DNA of 64,000 bases, taken from positions 45,119 through 109,118 of IMG/VR virus record IMGVR_UViG_3300027143_000001; one strand, 5' to 3'. Both the position numbers and the translations under genes were made by a program. How positions within the stretch are numbered: the first letter of the stretch is position 1; every line of letters starts with the position of its first letter. Under the pieces are notes generated by a model. The model did not search any database and was not told the DNA's origin. It worked only from the letters and a program-made list of their open reading frames with translations. The stretch is from a virus. Of the stretch, positions 1 to 10,759 are shown piece by piece.

Positions 1-3000
1 TTGGTCTGGAAGCTGCGAAGCTCCTCACCCAGCGTGTTTGTAAACCAGAACTCTGCGGTAAACGTATCTTGCAACGCTTTGTCTTCACGATCAATCAAAC
101 TCTGGATGTACTTATCACTTGACTTTCTGCTACCTGGTAACGTATCTCTCAAACGCTTGATAGCCACATAACCTACAATCGTCTTAGCAATCTGACTCTT
201 GTCGTTGAACAACTCTTTAAACACGCGGTTGATCTCGCGGAAGAATGGTCCACGCTCCAGGAACAGGTTGGATGACTGTTGATCCAGGTCGTTTGCCATC
301 CTGTACAGCTGATTCCACACCTGATCGTTAATCATAGGTGCCATAGACTCTTCTGTAAAGATGCTCTCTGCCGTCATCATGGATGACATGTTTTTGTAAA
401 TTGTATCAAAACTTGCAAAGTCAGGGTTAAGTGACTTGAGCATGTTGATCATGGAGCCTGCCGTTGAAATATCAAATGACTGAGCGGCTTGTTGTTCATA
501 CATAAACAACAGCACAAACTTCTTTGCTTCTTCTGACAAAACAGCTTTGCTCTTTAGTGCAGAAACATTGAATCCGATTTCGCCAATGCTGAGCTCATTA
601 TTCATCATGCGCTCGTCGTTGAGCATCTCACCACGATCTTTTGGTGTGGTAAACTCGATGACCAACTGGCTCTTGTTGAGCATAGGCTCAAACATGGTAG
701 AGTTTTCGTTCAATAAACCTGCCTCTTCCAGCTCCTGGTACACCTCTTCTGTCAATACAGCACTGGCTGCTTTTCTCACTTCTGAGGACAGTGATGCAAA
801 TTGCTGGTTGGTAGTAGAACGTAACGCGCGCTGTGTAGCAATTACATTTGCAGTTGCCTTGGCTATCTCAGGGATAAAGTTAAACCCAATGGCAAACTCA
901 GGACGCAGACCCACACCGATCATGGCTAGGGTGACACCTGTGTTCACGTCGTTCATCTTCAGCGCAGATGGAATAGGCTCCTTAACACCATCAGCAAACA
1001 TACCTAGTACGTTTCCTATCAGTGCAATTACACGCTGGTTCTCACCATTGATACTACCAAACTTGTTCAGACGATTCCAGTTCTTTCCGTCTGCTGTGGC
1101 ATGGAACTGCCATACAGGCTTAGCCAACTCCAGCTGATACCAGCTAGCCATTGCCAAAAACTTGTTCATGTTGGCAGTGATACCGATACCGTCCTTGAAG
1201 ATACCATTGTCCGCCTTGGAGCGAATGATAGAACTGATGGTATAGTGGTTGGTCTTAAGACCTGAACGTTTCAGGTCAATGCCAAATTCTTTAGCAAGCT
1301 GTTTGAAACGATCCACGCTGGAACGCTCACGCTTGTACAGGTAGTTAAAGATATACTCGTTACCCAACATTGCCTGGCGTGCATTCAGGTTCTGGTTCTG
1401 AAACTTATCCGCCACCAGGTCTTTCATGAACTCATGCTTCTCAAAAGCTTCAATGCTGATTGGGATATCAAACTTGCTAAACACATCAAACATGGCTTTT
1501 ATCTTAGCAGCGCTGTACATAAACTTCTCTGCTGTAGATGCAGCCTCCCAAGACTCTTCCTGTAACGGACGGATGTTCTTGATGGTGTCAAACAACTGTT
1601 GCTTTACGCCACGGATTTCTTCAATGGCTTTTCTGCGTCGCTCCTTGATATCCTTTATGCTGTTAGCACGCTTCTTGCCTTTCATCTTGGTCTCACCCAG
1701 CGCAATCTGATCTTTCAGATCATCCAGGTAATTTCCCAATTCATCACGCTGCTCAGAAAGTGCGTCAATATCTGATTGCATTTCATCCAGGCGTGCGCGA
1801 ATCTGACCAAGGTTGACTGTTTTTACAAAGTCATCCTCAGTAAATCCAAGCATCTCCATGTAGCGGAAGATCTCTGAATCTGAGTCCATGTCAAATGAAC
1901 CCTCTTCCATGATCTCACGCATGCGGTTAGCAATCAAATCACTAAACTCTTCTTTCTTGCTCATGAAGTGCATGAACTCTACAAATTGTCCCTCACGTTC
2001 GTTACGGTAATTCTTGTAGTCTCCATACTTTACAAACTTGCCCATCATATTCTTGTAGTAAGAATACGCCTGTGCATACAAAGTGTCCACGTCAAAGTCA
2101 GAACCTGCTAGCAAGTGCACCATGTAAGGCACTACAATACCATTCAGGTTAGATGAGTCCATGTAGTCTACAGCTTTGAGGATTACCATAGAACGCTTGT
2201 CCTCCGTAGGGATACGGGTAGCAAACATGCGGGTCAACTCCTGCTCAAAGAACTCTTTGAACTCAGGGTTGTCGCGGAATGGTTCTGGCAGAATACACTC
2301 TACCATGTAGATAGTACGACCGGTAGGATTACCGTCTTTGTCTAACTCTGCTTCCTGGGTTACGCCCAGTTTGCGGGTACCTACATTGGTATACAGTTTT
2401 GGGTTCTTAGCATAGTCCGCAGTCTTGATCACCTTGCCGGTGGTCTTATCATAGAGTACGTCGTATCCAAACTGGCTGATGTGGATGTATTTACCTCCTG
2501 CTCCTTTCTCGTCAGTGACGTGCTTGGAATATTGAGAGAAGAAATAGTACTCCAGCATGCTGCGGATCTCCGGCATGTTGGGGCTATACAATGGTTTACC
2601 TGAAGCATCCAGTTCAAAGAGCTCCAGCATTTGCTGAGGCGCACCTTGTACAGACAAGTTCTCACGGATCATATCGTAGATCTTGCTGATCTTAAAGTTA
2701 CCCGCTTCTACAATGTCGTTTACAATGCTCTCCGCCTGTTCTGCAATCTCTTTAGATACGCTGCTGTCATTGTTTAATGCGTCCAGTATCAAACGCGCAT
2801 TTTGCTTATGGCGTTCTGTAACTGCTTTCTTACCCTTGAAGTCATTGATGACCACTGCCAGTTGACTGATCTGTGCTGCTGCATCTGCAGATACATTCTC
2901 TGCTGCTGCGTTCTTAGAAAGTTCTTTCTGGCGGGCCGATGCATCTGAAGGCACCATGCCTCTCATAACATTAGTCAGGTACAACAAGCGTGAACGTGTT

Positions 3001-6000
3001 GCGTCACGCAGCGAATCTTCATAGTCTTTTACAAGTCTCTCAGACAAATCGTCCAGGAACTTACGCTCTTTAGCATCCAACTTGCGATTGTCTGCAATCT
3101 CAATGAGGTCAGCCAGCATGTTAATGTCAGCTGGCAACAGCATCTTGGCTTGTACGGAAAGCTTGGCTTTATCTTTTACTCCTGAGGTTTCCACCTGCAG
3201 GAACTTAAATCGGTTGTCTACCTCCACCGCAATGAAATCAAGGTTCATGTAACCTTCTTTCTGTGGTGCAGTAAATACGCTGATTGGCAACTTGGTTGTG
3301 TTCTTAGACGCCTCGTTATCCATCAACTGGTCAATCTGGAAGTACTCCATGGCATTGAGCATATCGTGCGCCATCTTACGGTGGGGCAATGGCTCATAGA
3401 ATTCATGGATCATCTTTACAGTATCCTGGATCTGTCTAAATGTGCTGGCAGCGTCTTCACCATTAAGTCGCTGTGACTGGTATACTTTACGCAAGTCATA
3501 GACTTTACTCCACATTGTGTGTAGCACATCATATACGTCCTGCTCTGTTTCAGCAGTACCGTCAAAGTACTCATCCTTGATGCGGCTGGTATCCAGACGG
3601 TCAAACAAGTTTTCAGATTGTTTGTGGTATGCATTGCGCGCTCCTACTACTGTCTTCTTAGCATTGTTCACCACCTTCATGGCCTGCAACGTCATGATCT
3701 CAGACTCTGTCAGTTTACGGTAGTGCTTTGCAATCAACAAATCGAGCACCTTGGACGTCAGACGACCCAGTTGTTCGTGCATATCTATCTGGTGCATAAG
3801 CAACGATATTGACTGACCGTCAAATATCTTTTGCAACATGCCTGCATACTTGCCACCAAAATCGTTTTCACCACTTTCTTCTGCAATGGCTTTCTTGTAA
3901 TCATCCATCAGGATCTGCTTTACTTCAGCAGATGGTAATGGGTCATTCACAATCTCCTGTTCTGTAAAGTAAGGTCCATACTCAGGATAATCCTCGTGTA
4001 TAAATCCTTTAATAGTTTCCAGCACAGCTGCGCGGTGATAACCTTCTTTCATGTTGTCACCACTGGCCAGGTATTTCTTGGCACGCTTAACCATATCCTG
4101 CGCGTTCTTTACGTTCATCGCAGGGTTGCCGTCAAACACGTCGTTGAAATGCAGGGCGTTGGTCCAGTTGTTATAGAAGTAATCTGCCAGGATATTCTCC
4201 CAGTTCATGCGGCTTACCGGTGAACCTTTCACCACGCCGTATTGCTCCATCAAACCAACAGGTTTCTGATAACCTATTTTCAGCTTGGATGGTAACATGG
4301 TGCTGGTGATGAATTCTACTTCAGCATCACCCGCAGCATTCTTTTCTTTTTTGCGCTCAATGATGTTGTTGAACTCCAGTACTTTCAAGTACGTTTCAAA
4401 CTGCTTCTTGGCATACTCTTCCAACAATAGTGGAAGACCGCCCAAATCAATCTCTTCAAACTCCAGTCCCTCTTCTGCTGACTCTGCAAACACATCCTGG
4501 ATAGCAGGGTTGGCTGCAAAGAAATCTTCAAGCTTGTGGAACTTGTATGCTTTCAGCGGATTACCATTGGCATCGGTGAACTGCACCTTGCCATTGGAAT
4601 CACGACGACCGTTAAAGTCTTTGACAATGTTGTTGGCAGTATAAGACTCGTATTCTTTTTTCAGAGCATCACGACGGGCAAACTCCTTACGCATGCTCAT
4701 ATACTCCTGGCGGATAACGCCTACCAGGTCTTCTACTACAGCAAGCACAGGTTTAGCCACACCATCCATCTTCACAGTTTTCATACCGTCCTTGTTCGCA
4801 AACTCGCGGTATAGCGCTGATACTAAAAAGTTAGTGTTGGATGACTCCAGCTGATGAAACGTGCGTCGGTAAGTTTGTATGGTTACTTTACCATCTTTGG
4901 CATTGGAGGTTTCCTCCATGCGACTCAGAAATGATGTAAAGTTCAGGATGTGTAAAGCGTATTCATCCAGGTCCTTGAACGTCTTACCGTCCAGCACCGT
5001 GTCTCCCACCTTACCCTGCACACCACCAAACATCTCTACACGCAGGTTATTCAGCATAAGCTTGACCATCTTGGTCATCTCATCGTCCTTACCCTGCATC
5101 ACGCCACCCAACAAGTGGTTGTTGGCAATATAATCTTTCAGGTATGCCTCATAGTATGGGTCTTCCTGCAACATGCCATCCAGTCCTTTCTGGCGCACGT
5201 CTTCTGCAGTAATCACCATTGGTGAGTACTTCACATACTCATAGATTGGTTTACCTTCTGCATTGTACACCACCGAGCTGAATGCTGTTGGGTCATACTT
5301 AACCATGAACTTGGCAGACTTACGCAGGATGCTATTGAAGCTTTTTACTTCAGTAGATGCTGTGTTCTCATCGTCCAGCATGTTCTCAAACATCTTACCG
5401 GGTGCTGTCTCAGAACCTGCAGCAGCTTCCAGTATGTTCTTCAGGTTGGTGAAGAATGTTTTCTCCAGGTATTCTTTCTCGTTGGCAAACGGACGGTCAA
5501 GCTCGTACTTGGCAAGGGTGTCTTCACTCAGTTTGCTGATGGTCTTCTCATTCTCCATCTCCTGGATAGCAATCAATGAAAAGCGCAACATGGATTTAGG
5601 AATCTGCAGACCAATAGCCCACATGTTCTTGTGCAAACTGTCTACCAGGTTGTCTAGTGTTTTCTGACTCTTGTCACCGGTAAACAGCGTCTCAGAAGAA
5701 TCCACTTTGCTCATCAGTTTGATGAGTGCCAGCATAGCCTTGCGGTATTCTGGATTGTCCTTCTCAGACTTCTGTGTCAGGATCATGCGTTCAACAAGCT
5801 TGTTTTTCTTGTTGTTGATGTCCTTGTATTGTATCTTGTCTGATATGCTGAAGCGAGGCGTGGTATCCTTTTGGATATCTTCATCGCTCATCATGTCAAT
5901 ATCAACTGCTTCAGTGTACTGCATGTTGAACATCACATATCCAATGCGTGTTCCGTGCAGCACGTTCAGTATCATCTTGTACATCTGCACATTGGCCATA

Positions 6001-9000
6001 GGCATAGAGCCGTTGTCCAATAATGTCAGTTTCTTAATCTCATTGTATACCGCCTCCAGGTCCATGGCTTCGTTGATAAGACCATCGTCATACCAGCGCT
6101 CATATACCATTTTCAAAGTAGGCAGGATTTGTTGTGGCTCTTTGTTAGCAGCAATCTTTAAAAGCGTAGGGGACATCTTGCGTCCGTCTACAATCGCTGG
6201 AACCAGGATGCCATACACAGGGTGAATATAGTCCCTGCGGATGGTGCTCAAGAACTTCTTGAATTCTGCAGGAAGAGAGTCCATGCGGTTCAACTCATTG
6301 ATGGATGCTTCAAAGTCACCAGACTCAGGATTCTCCTCACGGTTCTCTGCGTTCTCATCATGTGGTTTGACCGCTGCGTTCATTGCATCTTCCAGGTTCT
6401 GCGTATTCAATGGATTGGTAGAGCTTACGTTGAACTCATTCAAACGCTTGCGCACCAGTGCCATCAATGCGGCCATAGATTCTTCACCATAGGTGTTGGT
6501 ACCGTTGTCCAATACCATGGCATCATTGGTGTCTATGCCTGTGGTATTAATATCATACACATCTGTTTGCTTACCTGCTTTGTTATCACGCAGGCGCTGA
6601 CCCAGGACAAAACGCATCTGGTTATACTTAGGCAAGAACTCCTTTTTGATGTCCGCGTGGAACTTAGGATCTGCCTGGCGCAGCAACATGTCTATGTTAT
6701 ACACTTCATTCAGCAGCACAGTAGCTGCGTCCTGAAACTTCTCTTCAAACTTTTTCTTGGTGTTGTCTGCCAGCATTTGGCGTACAACCATGTTAACCGC
6801 TTCTTTCTCCAGGTCATCCAGCAATATAGTAGGTCCACTCATCACACGACCCGTAGGTGTAGTGACCAGCTTTCTCAGACCCTTGATTTCAAAGGCTGCC
6901 TTGCCATCATATGCTTTTCCAGAGATAATACTTTCTTTGTACTTGCCAGTAGCGATGTCACTATATGTTTGTTCAATGACGTCACGGTTGGCTTTGAACA
7001 TACCAATCAGTTTCTTGAGCAATTCAAACAACTTGCCTATCAGTCCTTTAGGGGCTGTGGCACGCTTGGCACGCATATAACGCTGGAACCCATCAGCTAG
7101 AATCTCTTCTGCTACCAGGTCCATCATCTCCGCTTTGTTGTACACAAAGTTGCGCACACGGGCAAACTCAATCAGGTTCTCATCTCTGAACTGCTCTGCG
7201 TATTTAGGATTGCCAATAACCTCATTCAGCAACTCCCTGCGTTGCATGTCTGTCATCAGGTAGCGGAACACACCATGAAATGCTTCATGGAATACAATCC
7301 CTTTGCTCAGCATGGCTGCGTTGAGGTGCAATACGCGATCCTTAAACATACCCAACACTGTACCATCAATACGCATCAGGTCTGCAATGCTTTGCATGTC
7401 AGAAACCTCGATACCAAACTGACCCAATGCTTCCTTGAACCATGCAATCTCGCTCTTGATATCCTGCATGGATGCAGCTTCATACTCGTCTGCAATCTTA
7501 AACGCCTCATCCTCCATACGGGGGATGTCAGGGAATGAACTTGGATTCTCTGCACTCTTAGCATCGCTTGCCATCATCTCATTGACAATGCGCATTGCTT
7601 CTTCCATAGAAGGAACGTACTCTGCCACAACACCCTCCTCTTCGTGCTGGATGTCATAGCTGTCATTGATCTTCAAGATGGTGTAAGGACCCACCACCGC
7701 ACTGTTGGCAGCAGGGTTGACCATGGCATCAATAGCATTAGATAACTCATCATACATCTGATTGAGGATGCTATCCAGTACAGCATTGACCACATCATCA
7801 GGTTGACCTTCCATTTGATCAGCCATCATTTCCATGCGACCCATAAAGTCGTTGTAGATCATGCTGTAGGTAGGATTGTTAACCAGTTCCTGTTGTTGTG
7901 CGTTCAGCTCTTTAAGCGGAATACCATCTGCCAACATCTCAAATGCTTCAACAATTACATCTGCATTTACTACAGCTGCATCATCGGTAAGCGTTGATGA
8001 GGGTTCTACAATATTCACAGGCGGTGCTGTGATAGACGTACCTTCACCAGACGGTGACGTAGGATTTACAATTACTTCTGTGGCAGGTGCTGTTGCAGTA
8101 CTTGCCTTGGAGGTGATCAGGGTTTCTGCACGGTTGGAGTGCTTAACCGTAAAACGTTTAGCATTGCGATAGAACGATGGGGTGCCCGCTTCTTTTTTAC
8201 GGTTCAGTCCCACGTGCGGCCACTTGTTACCTTCATTGTCTTTGTCTACTACCAGGTACTCCAGGTTAAACCCTTCGTTAGGGAATGTATAGGTACTGCG
8301 CAATGCAGCTTCTACCTCAGGGTGTTCACCCATTCTCTCTTGCAGCGGCTTAATCACCAAGTCAATCAGGAATTGTGCAAACTTCTCACGGGTATCATTA
8401 AGATATTGTACAAGCTCTTGTGCAGATTCAGTCAGACTGTTGCTTTCTTCCATTACGCTTAGTGCACTGTAGAATGCCATACGACCTTCTGCGGTACTAA
8501 GGTCATAGGATTTTAGTGATGGATTGTCAGCAATCGCTGCTTTAACCATCTTACCGTTAGGACCTAACTCATCTGCAAGACTAACCAGTCTGGCTTTGAA
8601 TGCTTCTGAAAATGGAAACTGGAACGCGCTGCGATCCTGTAACATGACTCTCAGTGGACTGGTACTTGTTTTATCTTTAGGTACAAGCTCAAACTTAAGC
8701 TTACCATTAAAGTATTCCAGGTTTAGGTAGAACGGTCCGCGTGCACCACTAAAACGGTACATAGCGTTAAACGCCTGGGCAGCTTTAGTGGGCTGTCCTT
8801 TACCAGTACGTTCCTTAGTGCTGACCATCTCTGACACCATGTTGATGAAATCCACAAACCCTTCATTTGTTTGCATGGGTTTCTGGTCTTCTAGTGTCAG
8901 GTAGCTGGAGGGTTGTCCGTCTTTGAAGCGTACTACAATCAGCGTATTCTTCTGGCTGTATTTGTTATCGCTAAATAATTCTTCTTTGATGAATGCATCA

Positions 9001-10727
9001 ACATCTGTGATTCCCAGCTCATACTCAAAGTATTCAGCCTCATTGTATAAAGAGTCTCCAACCTTGATGCGCTCATTGGCAGCCAATACAGAGTTAGGCA
9101 TAAAGAATGATGTCTCACGGTTACCAGTGCGATAAAATACAAAAGGCACTTTACGCTTGGTGGTGCTGATCACGTTCTCATCATCGTCAATGGTAGCCAC
9201 TTCCAGCTCCAGGCTCAGTGATGAATCCACGTTCATGAATTCCTCCAGGCTTGGGTTTTCCCTGGTGCGGCCTTGAGACATGTCAAAGCTCTCAAAGAAC
9301 TCCTCTGTGAAATCCACAGAGTTTACGCCTTTGGAGAACATGTCATCCAGCATGTCAGCATGCTTTGCCTTAAACTGTTGCAACTGGTTATAAGATTGCA
9401 TCAGTGTAGACATGTCAGACTCGGTCAACTCCACCGGTCCCGCAGATCCGTTTAACAACGCCAGGCGCTGGAACTTCTCACGGTGTGCCGCATTATTGAA
9501 ATCTACTTTCTCAGTAGTGTTGTTGTCGTATACAAATACGTAGTTGTCCAGAGTCCACAGGTTGAACAGGATGTTCTTTCCGTCTTCCATGGTGATCTCC
9601 CCTATCAGCTGAAACTTTTGCTCCTCCTGGCTAGGACGTGCCACAGACAATACCACACCACCTGGTGTGTTCTTCAGGAAGTTGATCTGTCCGGTGCTCT
9701 CAAATGTTTCATGCTTGCGATTGGCCAGTCCTGCCATCTCTGGATTTGATGCAGCCAGTTCCTGGATACGCTCCATACGGGCAGCAGCAATGCCTGGTCT
9801 TACCGCGTGGATTTTCACACGGCTCATGGGATTCTCCATGGCAGCCAGTTCATTTTTCAATCGCTCTCTGTCTTCTTCAAACGCTGCCTGGATCTTCATC
9901 GCAGAGTGCAACATGGTTACAGGTACGCGCTCCTCTGAGGAATTACTCTCAAATGGTGCAGGTCTACCTGCTTTGTAGTTGCGGATGTCTTCTTTGCTTA
10001 ACGCCACGGTCTCCCCTGTCTCGTCTATCATATACAGGATGCCGTCCTGGATGAATCCTTCTACCAGCTCGCGGTTGTTCAAGGATATCAGTACGTTGTT
10101 TAGCTCTGTTTCTGCAGGAAGTTCGTTCAGGTTAATATAACCTGTGTTCTGTAACAAGTCATCAAGCGCTGCACCCAGGTACTTGCGCATGCTTGCGTTG
10201 TACGCAGTGTCTTCTGTATAGCTGTCGATGATATCGGTTACGCTTTTGCGGACCATGTCCACATAGCTGTCACGATCCTTTCCAGTGATACCGTTGGCGG
10301 TAAAGAATTGTCTGAGCAGGGTAATGATACCCTTGTCACCAAACAAATCACGGCCACGCTCAAACTCAGTTTGGCTGGCCATCGCATCAATGCGGTCCTC
10401 AATGGTCTTGGCTGTAACAGCAGGCGCGGCTTTCTTGCCATACAAACCGTTCATGAACTTCATGTACGCTTTTGTGTCAGCAAGCAAGTGCACAGCACCC
10501 TTTACATCTGCAGCTTTACCAGGCTCGTAGAACTTAGCGTCTACACCGGCAAGCCCTTCATAAATGTAGGCCAGTTGATGGATGGATAATTTTTTCTGCT
10601 CAGGAGTTAGGTCGCTGTCCATCACAAAGCGGACGGCATTGTCATAACTGCGGAAAGCAGCGGGATCATACTTGATCAGTTTTTGTACAAAAGAAATGTA
10701 CTTGCCAGTTAGAATATCACAGGCCAT
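1..10727 (-). CDS. Giant virion-packaged DNA-dependent RNA polymerase (crAss-like, phi14:2 gp66 type) with zincin domain; >3575 aa, 3' end outside window
   Basis: Absent from the ORF track because no stop occurs before the window edge. Segments translated by hand from ATG 10727 (MACDILTGKYISFVQK...). The same frame gives HEAFH (7275-7289) followed by EEILADGF, IFDGQS (~3810), and FATRIPTEDKRSM...GIVVP...AGSDFDVDTLY (DFDVD at 2085-2099, aa ~2877), the double-psi beta-barrel RNAP metal-binding motif. Confidence 0.93.
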   Translation of the reverse strand, partial: MACDILTGKYISFVQKLIKYDPAAFRSYDNAVRFVMDSDLTPEQKKLSIHQLAYIYEGLAGVDAKFYEPGKAADVKGAVHLLADTKAYMKFMNGLYGKKAAPAVTAKTIEDRIDAMASQTEFERGRDLFGDKGIITLLRQFFTANGITGKDRDSYVDMVRKSVTDIIDSYTEDTAYNASMRKYLGAALDDLLQNTGYINLNELPAETELNNVLISLNNRELVEGFIQDGILYMIDETGETVALSKEDIRNYKAGRPAPFESNSSEERVPVTMLHSAMKIQAAFEEDRERLKNELAAMENPMSRVKIHAVRPGIAAARMERIQELAASNPEMAGLANRKHETFESTGQINFLKNTPGGVVLSVARPSQEEQKFQLIGEITMEDGKNILFNLWTLDNYVFVYDNNTTEKVDFNNAAHREKFQRLALLNGSAGPVELTESDMSTLMQSYNQLQQFKAKHADMLDDMFSKGVNSVDFTEEFFESFDMSQGRTRENPSLEEFMNVDSSLSLELEVATIDDDENVISTTKRKVPFVFYRTGNRETSFFMPNSVLAANERIKVGDSLYNEAEYFEYELGITDVDAFIKEELFSDNKYSQKNTLIVVRFKDGQPSSYLTLEDQKPMQTNEGFVDFINMVSEMVSTKERTGKGQPTKAAQAFNAMYRFSGARGPFYLNLEYFNGKLKFELVPKDKTSTSPLRVMLQDRSAFQFPFSEAFKARLVSLADELGPNGKMVKAAIADNPSLKSYDLSTAEGRMAFYSALSVMEESNSLTESAQELVQYLNDTREKFAQFLIDLVIKPLQERMGEHPEVEAALRSTYTFPNEGFNLEYLVVDKDNEGNKWPHVGLNRKKEAGTPSFYRNAKRFTVKHSNRAETLITSKASTATAPATEVIVNPTSPSGEGTSITAPPVNIVEPSSTLTDDAAVVNADVIVEAFEMLADGIPLKELNAQQQELVNNPTYSMIYNDFMGRMEMMADQMEGQPDDVVNAVLDSILNQMYDELSNAIDAMVNPAANSAVVGPYTILKINDSYDIQHEEEGVVAEYVPSMEEAMRIVNEMMASDAKSAENPSSFPDIPRMEDEAFKIADEYEAASMQDIKSEIAWFKEALGQFGIEVSDMQSIADLMRIDGTVLGMFKDRVLHLNAAMLSKGIVFHEAFHGVFRYLMTDMQRRELLNEVIGNPKYAEQFRDENLIEFARVRNFVYNKAEMMDLVAEEILADGFQRYMRAKRATAPKGLIGKLFELLKKLIGMFKANRDVIEQTYSDIATGKYKESIISGKAYDGKAAFEIKGLRKLVTTPTGRVMSGPTILLDDLEKEAVNMVVRQMLADNTKKKFEEKFQDAATVLLNEVYNIDMLLRQADPKFHADIKKEFLPKYNQMRFVLGQRLRDNKAGKQTDVYDINTTGIDTNDAMVLDNGTNTYGEESMAALMALVRKRLNEFNVSSTNPLNTQNLEDAMNAAVKPHDENAENREENPESGDFEASINELNRMDSLPAEFKKFLSTIRRDYIHPVYGILVPAIVDGRKMSPTLLKIAANKEPQQILPTLKMVYERWYDDGLINEAMDLEAVYNEIKKLTLLDNGSMPMANVQMYKMILNVLHGTRIGYVMFNMQYTEAVDIDMMSDEDIQKDTTPRFSISDKIQYKDINNKKNKLVERMILTQKSEKDNPEYRKAMLALIKLMSKVDSSETLFTGDKSQKTLDNLVDSLHKNMWAIGLQIPKSMLRFSLIAIQEMENEKTISKLSEDTLAKYELDRPFANEKEYLEKTFFTNLKNILEAAAGSETAPGKMFENMLDDENTASTEVKSFNSILRKSAKFMVKYDPTAFSSVVYNAEGKPIYEYVKYSPMVITAEDVRQKGLDGMLQEDPYYEAYLKDYIANNHLLGGVMQGKDDEMTKMVKLMLNNLRVEMFGGVQGKVGDTVLDGKTFKDLDEYALHILNFTSFLSRMEETSNAKDGKVTIQTYRRTFHQLESSNTNFLVSALYREFANKDGMKTVKMDGVAKPVLAVVEDLVGVIRQEYMSMRKEFARRDALKKEYESYTANNIVKDFNGRRDSNGKVQFTDANGNPLKAYKFHKLEDFFAANPAIQDVFAESAEEGLEFEEIDLGGLPLLLEEYAKKQFETYLKVLEFNNIIERKKEKNAAGDAEVEFITSTMLPSKLKIGYQKPVGLMEQYGVVKGSPVSRMNWENILADYFYNNWTNALHFNDVFDGNPAMNVKNAQDMVKRAKKYLASGDNMKEGYHRAAVLETIKGFIHEDYPEYGPYFTEQEIVNDPLPSAEVKQILMDDYKKAIAEESGENDFGGKYAGMLQKIFDGQSISLLMHQIDMHEQLGRLTSKVLDLLIAKHYRKLTESEIMTLQAMKVVNNAKKTVVGARNAYHKQSENLFDRLDTSRIKDEYFDGTAETEQDVYDVLHTMWSKVYDLRKVYQSQRLNGEDAASTFRQIQDTVKMIHEFYEPLPHRKMAHDMLNAMEYFQIDQLMDNEASKNTTKLPISVFTAPQKEGYMNLDFIAVEVDNRFKFLQVETSGVKDKAKLSVQAKMLLPADINMLADLIEIADNRKLDAKERKFLDDLSERLVKDYEDSLRDATRSRLLYLTNVMRGMVPSDASARQKELSKNAAAENVSADAAAQISQLAVVINDFKGKKAVTERHKQNARLILDALNNDSSVSKEIAEQAESIVNDIVEAGNFKISKIYDMIRENLSVQGAPQQMLELFELDASGKPLYSPNMPEIRSMLEYYFFSQYSKHVTDEKGAGGKYIHISQFGYDVLYDKTTGKVIKTADYAKNPKLYTNVGTRKLGVTQEAELDKDGNPTGRTIYMVECILPEPFRDNPEFKEFFEQELTRMFATRIPTEDKRSMVILKAVDYMDSSNLNGIVVPYMVHLLAGSDFDVDTLYAQAYSYYKNMMGKFVKYGDYKNYRNEREGQFVEFMHFMSKKEEFSDLIANRMREIMEEGSFDMDSDSEIFRYMEMLGFTEDDFVKTVNLGQIRARLDEMQSDIDALSEQRDELGNYLDDLKDQIALGETKMKGKKRANSIKDIKERRRKAIEEIRGVKQQLFDTIKNIRPLQEESWEAASTAEKFMYSAAKIKAMFDVFSKFDIPISIEAFEKHEFMKDLVADKFQNQNLNARQAMLGNEYIFNYLYKRERSSVDRFKQLAKEFGIDLKRSGLKTNHYTISSIIRSKADNGIFKDGIGITANMNKFLAMASWYQLELAKPVWQFHATADGKNWNRLNKFGSINGENQRVIALIGNVLGMFADGVKEPIPSALKMNDVNTGVTLAMIGVGLRPEFAIGFNFIPEIAKATANVIATQRALRSTTNQQFASLSSEVRKAASAVLTEEVYQELEEAGLLNENSTMFEPMLNKSQLVIEFTTPKDRGEMLNDERMMNNELSIGEIGFNVSALKSKAVLSEEAKKFVLLFMYEQQAAQSFDISTAGSMINMLKSLNPDFASFDTIYKNMSSMMTAESIFTEESMAPMINDQVWNQLYRMANDLDQQSSNLFLERGPFFREINRVFKELFNDKSQIAKTIVGYVAIKRLRDTLPGSRKSSDKYIQSLIDREDKALQDTFTAEFWFTNTLGEELRSFQT

Positions 10728-10759
10728 AACAGGTTAGCGTATTATCAGAGGGTACTGGA

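Noticed and set aside
1-10727. Apparent gene-poor region suggesting an alternative genetic code or pseudogene
   Set aside because: It is explained by one open minus-strand frame lacking a stop inside the window; other large genes are intact in code 11 and no suppressor tRNA was seen.
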